From assembly GCA_030587475.2 (NCBI GenBank), contig JAUQYZ020000078.1, positions 1-64,000 on the forward strand: DNA of 64,000 nt, given 5' to 3'. This stretch comes from Candidatus Sigynarchaeum calidifontis (GTDB lineage: Archaea; Asgardarchaeota; Lokiarchaeia; Sigyniarchaeales; Sigyniarchaeaceae). Below, one piece after another: positions 9,404 to 18,566 of the stretch. Position numbers and translations under genes: made by a program. The notes beneath the pieces are model-generated. The model saw only the letters and a list, made by a program, of their open reading frames with translations, had not been told where the DNA came from and ran no database searches. Position 1 is the stretch's first letter. Every line of letters starts with the position of its first letter.

Positions 9404-12400
9404 ATGATGCGTACCCAACGAACCATGAAGATTTTCCTTTTGCTGCTGGTCGTCGCTATCGTCATAGTTCTTCTCTCAATCTTGATCATACCCGCGGTAG
9501 TGGCTGAATTGCAGCTTGATATCCAACTTTATGATAAAAAAGCATATGGCGTCGATTTCGTGACGGTGAATTTGCTCAACTGGGCCGAGGCCTGGGCCCC
9601 ACTCATCCCCGCGGCCTGTGTGACGGCGATACTCTTTTATCCGAGGAAATTTCTTTCGGTGTTCCGTGTCCGATCCGGTACCGGGCGTGCCAAGCTAGCA
9701 TTTTTGTTCTCGGCCGTGGTGTTTCTGGTGTCCTACGGGATCAGCTGGCTAGCCGGTGACTTGAGCTATGGCATGTTCATGGCGCAGTACCTCCAGAACG
9801 ACCCGGCCTTCGTCCCGTTCCTCGATTCGTTCAAGGCCTTGTTGATCCCGTTCAATCTTGCCCCATATGACACCAACGTGGTGCTCACGTGGAAGTTCAT
9901 CACGATGCCGATACTGAACGCGATCCTCACGGCCTTGATTATCCGCATGGTCATGGAAATGATAGGGGCGCGTGTTAATGGCGGATATGCTATCGAGTTC
10001 CTCGGGCGGCTTTTTGTCGTCATCGGCATCATTCTCGGGTATTTTTATTTAGCAAGCCCGCTCACGGCCTATGATTCGGTCGAAAAAACGTGGCTCTTGA
10101 TCTTGCCGCTTACCATGTGGACGTTTGTTTCTGTCGGCACTTTCTGCTTGGTCTTCAGCCTCGTCTCGAAGAATTATCGTGATCGGGAAGAAATCGCTGG
10201 GGCTGGCTTTATCCTCACAGGTATCGTTATTATCGCGATGGTCATCGTGCCTTGTATCGTCGCGGCGAGCGATTATTTCAGCCGGGAGGTGAATTATGAT
10301 CGGATCGTGTGGAATGGCCGCGATAGCATGGTAACGAGCCAGACGCGCGTCGCTAGCGATCTCACCGGCTTCAACCGCACGAGCATATCTGAATTGCTGA
10401 AAGTGCCGACAAACCCTCTCATTTCCCAAAAGATCCGGCCATATGACAAGAACAGCACCCATGCTTGGATAGAAGCCCAGATTACGACCCCTTACGAGAC
10501 CGAGGGCGATACGGACATCATCGCTTTCAACGGCTCGGAATATTGGACCGCCCCCGTGGTATTTTATTCTGATGACCAGGCTTTTGGGACGGCGGTGAAT
10601 CGGCACATGGTATTCACGGCCACCGGCGGTTTCGTTGCGATGGACGCGCACGGCGGGAACATCTTGACGCCGCAAAATTGCATTGCAACCTTTGGTGTCA
10701 ATTCATCCTACCCGTTTTATTTCGGCGAAGGGTATCGAAATGATATCATACTCGGCGTATCTCGATACAAGGAAAACCGGAATTTAGTATACACGGGTGA
10801 ACCGGACGCCACCTTGAGTGGTTACTCGAGCACGATCAAGGTTCTGGGCATGTCTATAGATTTCGTCAGCTTGATAAACCAGGACTTGAAATTCTTGCAC
10901 CGGACGAACGTTATCGACCGGGTTGAAGCTATGCTCTTGCCTTACATGTATATAGACGAAGATCCCTATTTGCTGTTCGACAAGGAAAACCAACGCGTCT
11001 TTTATTGCATGCCCGTCTACATCTCGTTGCCGGGCTTCACTTACTTCAAGACAGACTACAAACGGTTCCTTGGATGGGTGCTGGTCGACGTGTATGACGG
11101 CTATATGAATTTCTACCGCAGTCCCAAGCTTGACGAGCAAGCCGAGATCGACGATCTGATCTCGTTCGCACAAGTGTACGTGGACACGGCCATCTACCCG
11201 TGGCAGAACTGGACGGTGTTATCGTCGACCGTGAAATCCCAGCTGCGATATCCCGAGAACCTATACGAGTCACAACTCGAAACGGACTACACCTACCACG
11301 TCGATGATTGGCAAAAGTGGCACGATAAGACCGATTTCTTCAACCGTCCCCCCGGGAGCGACTTGTATTATGTTTTCATGGATCTAGGCAGTGGACTGGA
11401 GTTTGTCGGAGTGGATCTCGTCGTCCCGACATCCGGGACGACGGCGCTCGCGGGCATGTACGTGCTTCGCAACCGGCTCGATGATGATGGCAAGCATTTC
11501 GGGGAAACGATATTCTACCGAGTTGAAAAAGGGGGGGACACGCTCATCGGGCCGAGCACGGCGGAACAGGCGCTATTGACCTACCCCGGTATTTCATCGC
11601 TATTAACCCCCGCCGCGATCCAGGGCCGGGACACGGGGAACATCCTCCTCTACGAGTTCCAAGGATCCCTCTATTATATTATCCCGATATACAGCACGAT
11701 CGGGCTTCAAACCTTGAAGTATGTCGGTATCGTGAACGGGTTCGACCAGAAGGAGGTGGTCTTGGGTCACGACCCCGTGGAAGCGTTCAATGCACTCCAG
11801 GCACTGCAACAGAGTAAAATCGCCCCGGCGCAGATCGTGGTGAATTGTACCGGGCCGGCATCCGTGACCACGCCATCGCTCGCGAACGTGTCGCTCGTGG
11901 TGCAGAACACGATCGCCAACATGAGCGCCCCGTCGCAGAATTTTTCGGTTAACATGTACGTGTATTCAAAAATCGCATCGCTTCGCGTCAACGGCTCGAT
12001 TCAATCCAACACGACGCTCAGCGATCCCGCCTACCTTGCGCTGGGCATGGGACAGAATTTCTCCCTCGGCACGTGGTCTCTCGCCCCCAGTGCATGGCGC
12101 AGTATCGTGGTGCAGCTTAACCTTTCCCTCGGCAATTTTTCGGCCCGCAACGTGCCCTATCGGTTCGTGGCCCGGCTGTCAAATGGCACCTCGATTTTCA
12201 GCCCGCTTCGCACGGTTACTTTCTTTTCTCCGAGCTATGCAGCGAGCAATATTTCGGGATCTGGAGTTACGCTGGGGTTCACGCTCCCAACGGTCGTCGC
12301 GGAACCGAACAACGCGAATCTCGTGCTCAGCGTTAAGAACGACGACATGAATTTCAGCCACGCTCCCGTGAACGTCAAGGTCAACCTTACCCTGTTCTCG

Positions 12401-12667
12401 GTAAACGGGACGGTCAGGGTGCCGGGAATCGGGACCATCACGGGCACGTCGTTCGCGGACGATCCCTGGTATCCTGGCATTAGCGGTAAAACCTATACCG
12501 TCATCAGCCAGACACTCGCGCCTCAAGATAGCAGCGGTATCACTGTCCAGGTCGATCTCGATATGACTGGCAACACGCGCGTGGAGCTCGTGTATCGATT
12601 GGCTTTGATCGTGAATTTAGTAGAAGTTGCAACGACCTGGTTGCGCGTGATCACGTGGACGGCATAA
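9404..12667 (+). CDS. UPF0182 (COG1615) family membrane protein with extra C-terminal tandem beta-sandwich domains
   Basis: Multi-TM N-terminus; DEDPYL, VDVYDG, LRYPENLYESQ, GNILL, LYYIIPIY motifs. Confidence 0.8.
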   Translation: MMRTQRTMKIFLLLLVVAIVIVLLSILIIPAVVAELQLDIQLYDKKAYGVDFVTVNLLNWAEAWAPLIPAACVTAILFYPRKFLSVFRVRSGTGRAKLAFLFSAVVFLVSYGISWLAGDLSYGMFMAQYLQNDPAFVPFLDSFKALLIPFNLAPYDTNVVLTWKFITMPILNAILTALIIRMVMEMIGARVNGGYAIEFLGRLFVVIGIILGYFYLASPLTAYDSVEKTWLLILPLTMWTFVSVGTFCLVFSLVSKNYRDREEIAGAGFILTGIVIIAMVIVPCIVAASDYFSREVNYDRIVWNGRDSMVTSQTRVASDLTGFNRTSISELLKVPTNPLISQKIRPYDKNSTHAWIEAQITTPYETEGDTDIIAFNGSEYWTAPVVFYSDDQAFGTAVNRHMVFTATGGFVAMDAHGGNILTPQNCIATFGVNSSYPFYFGEGYRNDIILGVSRYKENRNLVYTGEPDATLSGYSSTIKVLGMSIDFVSLINQDLKFLHRTNVIDRVEAMLLPYMYIDEDPYLLFDKENQRVFYCMPVYISLPGFTYFKTDYKRFLGWVLVDVYDGYMNFYRSPKLDEQAEIDDLISFAQVYVDTAIYPWQNWTVLSSTVKSQLRYPENLYESQLETDYTYHVDDWQKWHDKTDFFNRPPGSDLYYVFMDLGSGLEFVGVDLVVPTSGTTALAGMYVLRNRLDDDGKHFGETIFYRVEKGGDTLIGPSTAEQALLTYPGISSLLTPAAIQGRDTGNILLYEFQGSLYYIIPIYSTIGLQTLKYVGIVNGFDQKEVVLGHDPVEAFNALQALQQSKIAPAQIVVNCTGPASVTTPSLANVSLVVQNTIANMSAPSQNFSVNMYVYSKIASLRVNGSIQSNTTLSDPAYLALGMGQNFSLGTWSLAPSAWRSIVVQLNLSLGNFSARNVPYRFVARLSNGTSIFSPLRTVTFFSPSYAASNISGSGVTLGFTLPTVVAEPNNANLVLSVKNDDMNFSHAPVNVKVNLTLFSVNGTVRVPGIGTITGTSFADDPWYPGISGKTYTVISQTLAPQDSSGITVQVDLDMTGNTRVELVYRLALIVNLVEVATTWLRVITWTA

Positions 12668-12668
12668 A

Positions 12669-12700
12669 ATCCTTTTTTTTTCACATCTAATTCTTTTGAT
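12669..12700 (+). terminator. Oligo-T archaeal terminator between convergent genes
   Basis: Long T tract directly after the stop codon. Similar tracts follow the stops at 2316, 3631, 48594 and 63621. Confidence 0.45.
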
Positions 12701-12740
12701 GAGAACCGTGTTTACGTGAAGGGAAAAGAAATGATTTTAT

Positions 12741-13808
12741 TTAGTTGAACTTGGAATCCAGGACAATGAAATTGCCCTCGACCCCGATGCCGAAAATCTG
12801 GAAGTCCTTTCCATTGACACCCTTGCATGACAGCTGGAGCGCGGGGAGAACCATGATCTTGGTTCCCTCCTTCACGATGCTTTTTTTCACGTAATCCTTG
12901 TAATCCTTTTTCGCGTCGCTGCACACCTTGTCCGCATCCTTGGTCCAGTAGTTTAGTTGCGGCTTGAGCACGTTCTCCTTTAGATCATCGGGATTGGTGA
13001 TTATAATGCCTTGAATATCCCGTGCGTTCAGCATTTTTTCAACGGAATGCTTGTCGATGAATTTCTCGACATCTTTCGAGTAATAGACTTCCGCATCTTT
13101 TTTCGACATTACGAACGGCACGGGCTGGATTGCGTACTCGAACAAGATCCCCGTCCCCTTGCACGTCTCGCAAGAGGAAACGCCGGAGGAATTGCACGAC
13201 TTGCAGCGGACTTTGGTGGCGATGCAGTCGGGACAGTTGTAGGAACCTGCACCGTGGCATTCGCCGCACGACACCTTCCGCTTCGCACGGTACTTTTTAC
13301 CATCGAATCCGGTGATATCGATCTCGTATTCCACCGCCCCGGTTCCTTTGCACACTCTGCATGTGATCTTCGCCTTCCCGTCGCAGGTACTACATTTCAA
13401 GGTCCCCGTGCCACCACAATTCTTGCATTTGATGCTTCCCGAACCGCCACACTTTGCACACTTGATTTCCTTGATCGTGTTGTACATTGGAACCTCCTTG
13501 TCCCCCTTCCACGATTCGATGTTGACTTGCTTGCCTTCGAAGTCGAAAAACCGTATTTTTTCGAGTTCCTTGGCTGTGATCTGCTCCGTGCTTTGCGTTT
13601 GCTTGCCCTCAAGCGCAGCCTTCACGTTCTTTTCGAAATAGATGACGACGAACTTGTCGACTTCTTGAACCGTCTCGACAGCGGATACAAGCTCCCGTTT
13701 GAAATCTACTTTCTTTTTTTTGAAGAATTTTTCCAAGGTTTTAATATCTGCTTTGGATAACCACTCCTGGAATATTTCATCGGACGATATGGCTTTAACC
13801 GAAGTCAT
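12741..13808 (-). CDS. DnaJ-type CxxCxGxG zinc-finger repeat protein without J-domain (SSUH2-like)
   Basis: Eight CxxC(xGxG) repeats; no HPD motif. Confidence 0.75.
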   Translation of the reverse strand: MTSVKAISSDEIFQEWLSKADIKTLEKFFKKKKVDFKRELVSAVETVQEVDKFVVIYFEKNVKAALEGKQTQSTEQITAKELEKIRFFDFEGKQVNIESWKGDKEVPMYNTIKEIKCAKCGGSGSIKCKNCGGTGTLKCSTCDGKAKITCRVCKGTGAVEYEIDITGFDGKKYRAKRKVSCGECHGAGSYNCPDCIATKVRCKSCNSSGVSSCETCKGTGILFEYAIQPVPFVMSKKDAEVYYSKDVEKFIDKHSVEKMLNARDIQGIIITNPDDLKENVLKPQLNYWTKDADKVCSDAKKDYKDYVKKSIVKEGTKIMVLPALQLSCKGVNGKDFQIFGIGVEGNFIVLDSKFN

Positions 13809-13991
13809 GAGATGCACCTCTAAGACAAGAACGACTGGTGCCGATTTGAAGTTTCTTTCGCAAATTTCTAAAAGAAAATTGCTATCCCAAAAAAAAATTC
13901 CGTGTTGATTCTCGCAAAGATTTGGCCGGATGTTAGAACCTGGGCTGAGTTTTGCTGGAATTTAGCATTAATAACGCCTTTCAACAACTTG

Positions 13992-14204
13992 TCATTTCGT
14001 GTTTCCACGTGCGAGCTGGAGAATTCCAGTAATTCCTTTAAAATTCAGCGTGCGTTGAGTCTCGTCAAGCCCTTTCCTCGCGATTGCTTTCATCAGAGGG
14101 TTCCTGAAAAGACGTGAAAAAATGAAAGAAAGCATCGCAATCGGGATGAAAAATATCGCGATAAAAGCGCGAACGAAAAGAAAAACGATCAGACGCGTGC
14201 CCAC
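13992..14204 (-). CDS. Putative small membrane protein (70 aa)
   Basis: GTG start 2 nt after the radical SAM stop; one hydrophobic helix followed by a basic tail. Confidence 0.4.
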   Translation of the reverse strand: MGTRLIVFLFVRAFIAIFFIPIAMLSFIFSRLFRNPLMKAIARKGLDETQRTLNFKGITGILQLARGNTK

Positions 14205-14206
14205 GA

Positions 14207-15610
14207 TTAATCCCTTATTGTTCGTATCGGTCTATTCATCAAGTTCATCGCGTATCGCAAGTACGCGTCCCGCGTGAAGGAGTTCCAGACCATCTTGAGT
14301 ACCCGGCGTGGATTGGTCCAGAATTGCACGAACCCGTCGTTTATGAGCTTGGCAAGGTGTTTTTTCGGAACAGCTTCCGGGCTCACGTCGACGACGTGGA
14401 TGGATCGTTTCCAGTCGTCATCACGTGGCTTGTAATATCCCTTTACGACCAAATCGTGATAAATGGGAGATATCGGGATGGTGTTCAAGATTTGGAACAC
14501 GATAAACGACAGCTCGAGCTCGTTAGCAAGGCGGATAGTGTTTGCAATTTCTTGACTGGTCTCATCGGGGGCCCCAAATATGAAGGTACCCGTGATACTT
14601 TCGAGCCGTGCCTTGTTCGCGGTCTTCACTGCATTCCTGATCTGTTCCAGCGTTATTCCCTTGTGATAGTAATCGAGAATCCGCTGGGTTCCGCTCTCGA
14701 TGCCAAATATGATTTGGATAAAATTCACTTGGGCGAGTGATCGAAGGATGTTATAATCGACCACGTCGATTCGGGCATCCGCCGAAAAGGCCATCTCATC
14801 CAAGTGGTTCTTTTTTATCTCCGCGCATAAATGGTATGTCCGTTTCTTGTTTAACGTGAATATACTATCGCCGATGAGGATATTCTTATAGCCCTCGCTA
14901 TTGAGCAGCACGAGTTCGTCCACGACGCTTTTTACCGAGCGAGGGCGCCATCTCTTTCCCATTATCCCGTCAAAATAACAGAAAGTGCAGCCAAACGGGC
15001 AGCCACGACTCGTGATGATCGCGGTAGACTTGTGCTGCAGCTTATAGTTATAGTCGATTAGTTTCCGGTCGGGGATAGGTAGGGCATCTATGTTTTCTAT
15101 GAGACTCCCCATCTGGTTTGATTTTATGACGTTCCGTTCTCGAAACACGAGGCCCTTTATTTTATCGATGTTTTGGTTTTTAAAAATGGAATTAACCAAT
15201 TCCAAGAATGCGTATTCCCCTTCACCCCGGATGCAAAAATCAACATCATTTTCTTTCATAAACTGCTCGGGATAAAAAGTGGCCATGTAGTTTCCTGCAA
15301 TCAAGATGCAATTCGGGTTCCAGGAGCGGATCCGCTTGATCAAATCGCTCGCGGTCCAATAATTGTGCAAGCATATTGAGAACCCGATTATCCGGGGATT
15401 ATTTTTTTTCACGATAGTATCCATCATTACCTCGTTCTTTACACCAGTGACGTTCTGGTCGTAAACCTTCACGACGTATCCGTTGTCCACGAGAATCTGA
15501 GCGAGGTAGAGCAAGCCAAGTGGGGGCATCGCGGTTTGATTCGAGTCATATTCCTTCTCCTCGAGATTCTCGTTCACCATGTCCGCGAGGTTGAGTAAAA
15601 GAACGTCCAT
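14207..15610 (-). CDS. Cobalamin-binding radical SAM protein (class B methyltransferase-like)
   Basis: PPLGLLYLA, GEGE, SRGCPFGCTFC, GIESG, FIFGAPDET. Confidence 0.92.
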   Translation of the reverse strand: MDVLLLNLADMVNENLEEKEYDSNQTAMPPLGLLYLAQILVDNGYVVKVYDQNVTGVKNEVMMDTIVKKNNPRIIGFSICLHNYWTASDLIKRIRSWNPNCILIAGNYMATFYPEQFMKENDVDFCIRGEGEYAFLELVNSIFKNQNIDKIKGLVFRERNVIKSNQMGSLIENIDALPIPDRKLIDYNYKLQHKSTAIITSRGCPFGCTFCYFDGIMGKRWRPRSVKSVVDELVLLNSEGYKNILIGDSIFTLNKKRTYHLCAEIKKNHLDEMAFSADARIDVVDYNILRSLAQVNFIQIIFGIESGTQRILDYYHKGITLEQIRNAVKTANKARLESITGTFIFGAPDETSQEIANTIRLANELELSFIVFQILNTIPISPIYHDLVVKGYYKPRDDDWKRSIHVVDVSPEAVPKKHLAKLINDGFVQFWTNPRRVLKMVWNSFTRDAYLRYAMNLMNRPIRTIRD

Positions 15611-15729
15611 TGGAAATCCGTTTCTCGTGAGATTGCGTTTTCAATAAACCTAATAGATCGGATTTTAAAGTTCTTTTTGGTTTAAAATTTGATAATAATA
15701 TTTTTAATCCGCTCTACCGCACAAGACCT

Positions 15730-15885
15730 GGTCATTAGAGGTTTGGATGCCGGGCACCGTGCCGCAACCCAGAAGGCATTAATCCCCTGGGGCAGCACAG
15801 CTCGGAAGTTCCACTCGTGTCACGCGTGTTTCGGTTAAGCAATTTCGGTGGCATTAATCACATAATCGATAGCGGATGTTGAGCC
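15730..15885 (+). promoter_or_regulatory. Structured 5' leader upstream of glyA (candidate cis-regulatory RNA)
   Basis: AT-rich TATA-like stretch at ~15691-15707, then a GC-rich nested imperfect hairpin at 15738-15816 and a duplicated GGCATTAATC. Confidence 0.45.
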
Positions 15886-17208
15886 ATGAGCAAGGATGAC
15901 ATTACCAAGATCAACAATTTAATCAAGCAGCATCACGATTTTTTCGGCAAAGCAATACCCCTCATTGCTTCTGAAAATATCATGAGTAGAGCCGCTCGAT
16001 TGGCTTGCATATGTGATTTCCAGCATCGGTATGCGGAAGGCTGGCCTGGAGAACGGGTATATGCTGGTTGCGAATACTTGGATCAAGTAGAACTTATCTG
16101 CGCGGATTTGACAAAGAAATACTTCCGTGCCGGGTTTGCTGATGTCCGCCCGATCTCGGGGGTCGTGGCAAACCTCGCTTTATACACGGCAATGACGACC
16201 CCGAAGGGCAAGATGATGGCCATGCCCATTCCCTCTGGAGGACACATCTCCCACGCCCCCAAGGTCGCCAAGACCACGGGCAACGCGATCAACGGCACGG
16301 CCGGTGCGGTTAGAGGCCTCGACGTGGAATATCTAGCGTTTGACCAGAAAGAGATGACCCTTGATATCGACGGCAGCGCCAAGCGGATTCGCGACTTCAA
16401 GCCAGAACTCGTTTTGTTCGGTGGCAGCGTCTTCTTGTTCCCCCATCCCGTCAAGGAGCTCTCCGCCGTGGCGAAAGAGGTGGGGGCGAGGGTCGCGTAC
16501 GACGGGGCGCACGTGGCAGGCTTGATCGGTAGCGGGTACTTTCAAGATCCATTGAGGGAGGGCGCCGAGGCCATGTCTTTCTCGACGCACAAGACTTTCC
16601 CCGGGCCGCAACATGGTTGTGTCGTCACAGCGGAGGAAGGCGAATTAAGCGAGAAGATAAAAGCAGCGTGCTTCCCCTCGCTGTTGAGCAACCATCACCT
16701 CCACAACGTCGCTGGATTCGCGATAACACTCGCCGAGATGCTGGAATTCGGCAAGCAGTACCACGGGCAAGTTATCAAGAATGCAAAGGCGTTCGCGGCT
16801 GCGCTGGCCGAAGCAGGCTTCAAGCCGCTATGCGAGCATAAGGGGTATACGGCGTCCCACCAGGTCGTGCTTGACATCACCAGTCTTGAGAAAAAATTTG
16901 GCCTCGGTGCCGACATAGAGAAGGCTCTCGAGAAGGCCGGTATCATCGTCAACCGAAACCTGCTCCCATGGGATGCGAAAGAAGGCCGCATCTACAAGAA
17001 CCCGGGTGGCATTCGTCTCGGCACGAGCGAGGTCACGCGGCTCGGTATGAAGGAGAGCGACATGAAGGTGATCGCCGAGTTCTTCAAGAAAATCATCCTC
17101 GACAAGAAGGACCCGAAGGCAATCCAACCAGACGTCGCCGCGTTCATGAAAGGATTCACGACGGTCAAGTATTGCTTCGAGGAGACCAAGGCGTTCGAAT
17201 GGTATTGA
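15886..17208 (+). CDS. glyA: Serine hydroxymethyltransferase, archaeal type
   Basis: LIASEN, RYAEG, GGHISH, YDGAHV, STHKTFPGPQHG, SNHHLH, GIRLGT. Confidence 0.96.
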   Translation: MSKDDITKINNLIKQHHDFFGKAIPLIASENIMSRAARLACICDFQHRYAEGWPGERVYAGCEYLDQVELICADLTKKYFRAGFADVRPISGVVANLALYTAMTTPKGKMMAMPIPSGGHISHAPKVAKTTGNAINGTAGAVRGLDVEYLAFDQKEMTLDIDGSAKRIRDFKPELVLFGGSVFLFPHPVKELSAVAKEVGARVAYDGAHVAGLIGSGYFQDPLREGAEAMSFSTHKTFPGPQHGCVVTAEEGELSEKIKAACFPSLLSNHHLHNVAGFAITLAEMLEFGKQYHGQVIKNAKAFAAALAEAGFKPLCEHKGYTASHQVVLDITSLEKKFGLGADIEKALEKAGIIVNRNLLPWDAKEGRIYKNPGGIRLGTSEVTRLGMKESDMKVIAEFFKKIILDKKDPKAIQPDVAAFMKGFTTVKYCFEETKAFEWY

Positions 17209-17268
17209 ATTACGTGATCTTCCCTCACTTTCTTTTACTCTTGGTAACGAACGACAACGCCCGCTCGT

Positions 17269-18327
17269 TCATGGCTGCCAGGTGGTGCCGTCCGCAAAGA
17301 TGGTCACGTGAGTGAGGCTATTGGCGGACGGATCTGCCTGGTCGAGCGAGAGCGTTATGAGCTTGCCACCAATGCGTATGGCCTTGCCACTCGTTTCGAA
17401 CCGTTTGGGTACCTTCTTGTAACTCCCGTACCCGCCGAGACACGTTTTCCTGCCATACACGTAATCGATGCCGTCGAACACGCCATGGTAATCGTTCACG
17501 TGGTCGTGGCCGACGAAGCATGCCTTGATGGTGCCCATCGCCTTGAGTGCCTGGTGCACGCGGCCGCGGTCGCGCTCGAAGCAAACGCTCTCGCGCTTGA
17601 TGCCCCGGGCGAGCCCCTTTTCCCAGATCACGTGGAATTCGTAATTCGGTACGTGGTAAAAGCAGACGGACGGTACCCGGCGATCCTTGCTCGCGTGATC
17701 GGCCATCCAATTAAGGACCTTGGTTGGCAAGTGGAAAGCACGCCGTGAATTAAGGATGAAAGCGTTCCACGCGACGGCCGTTCCCTTGTCATTCAAGATC
17801 TCGATCAGGTAGTTACCCCCGTGGAAACCGTCCCATTTTATGACCTTATCCGCGCCACCATGATCTAAAGCGGCAGCCTCGCGTTCCCACGGGTCATCGG
17901 TTATGGAAGGGCCGCGGTACGATTCCATGAACTGGCGGCTCTGGATGTACAAGCAGCCTGGCAATCGGGCGAGGAAATTCTCGACCTCGTCGAGTTGTTT
18001 GACAGAGTCTTGATCCGGGTACCGGAGTTCCTGGTCGTGATTCCCCCAGGAAAATGTCCAGGGGAATGTTTTTCCCACGATCTCGTCAAACAAGCGCGCC
18101 GAACGCTTCATTGCGTCAACCGTCCGGAGGCCGAAGATGTCGCCCGTGCAAGCAACGAGATGAGCACCGCATTTTATCGCGAGCTCGCGGACCGACCGCA
18201 AGCAAAAGCGATCTATCAGGCCAATACTAGCGAGATGGAGATCGGTGATCTGCAATATTCGCAGCGTGGGCGTTTTCGAAAATACTTGGATGGAATCATT
18301 TCCTCGCTTTACGAGAAATGGTGGCAT
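17269..18327 (-). CDS. Calcineurin-like metallophosphoesterase, Dcr2-like
   Basis: TDLH, TGD, GNHD, FYHVP, GHDHVND, YGRKT..GGYG. Confidence 0.85.
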   Translation of the reverse strand: MPPFLVKRGNDSIQVFSKTPTLRILQITDLHLASIGLIDRFCLRSVRELAIKCGAHLVACTGDIFGLRTVDAMKRSARLFDEIVGKTFPWTFSWGNHDQELRYPDQDSVKQLDEVENFLARLPGCLYIQSRQFMESYRGPSITDDPWEREAAALDHGGADKVIKWDGFHGGNYLIEILNDKGTAVAWNAFILNSRRAFHLPTKVLNWMADHASKDRRVPSVCFYHVPNYEFHVIWEKGLARGIKRESVCFERDRGRVHQALKAMGTIKACFVGHDHVNDYHGVFDGIDYVYGRKTCLGGYGSYKKVPKRFETSGKAIRIGGKLITLSLDQADPSANSLTHVTIFADGTTWQP

Positions 18328-18566
18328 AAATCTTCATTCACGAGAAGATCCAAAGCTCGCTACGCATCGGACTGACAAAAAGGTTTGCGCGATTACACCG
18401 TGCCCATGATGAAGATTCAAATGTCCGATCTTCCCCGTGGTTCAATGCAGATACCGAGATCTTATAATCCGCAAAACACGTCAATAGTAAAATCCTTGGC
18501 AACATTATGCGGAGTTATTTAAGTTCACTCCTTCATTTAATGACTCTAACCATTTCGGTGTTGCGA

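Noticed and set aside
15721-15860. Assignment of the glyA leader to ZTP, THF, glycine, SAM-I/IV, SAH or cobalamin riboswitches, or to SRP RNA
   Set aside because: Only fragments match (GCAAC, GGTCAT, GCAGC); the diagnostic consensus blocks are missing on both strands.
18370-18420. Box C-like ATGATGA near CTGA (possible C/D sRNA)
   Set aside because: The boxes are in the wrong order and there is no terminal stem.
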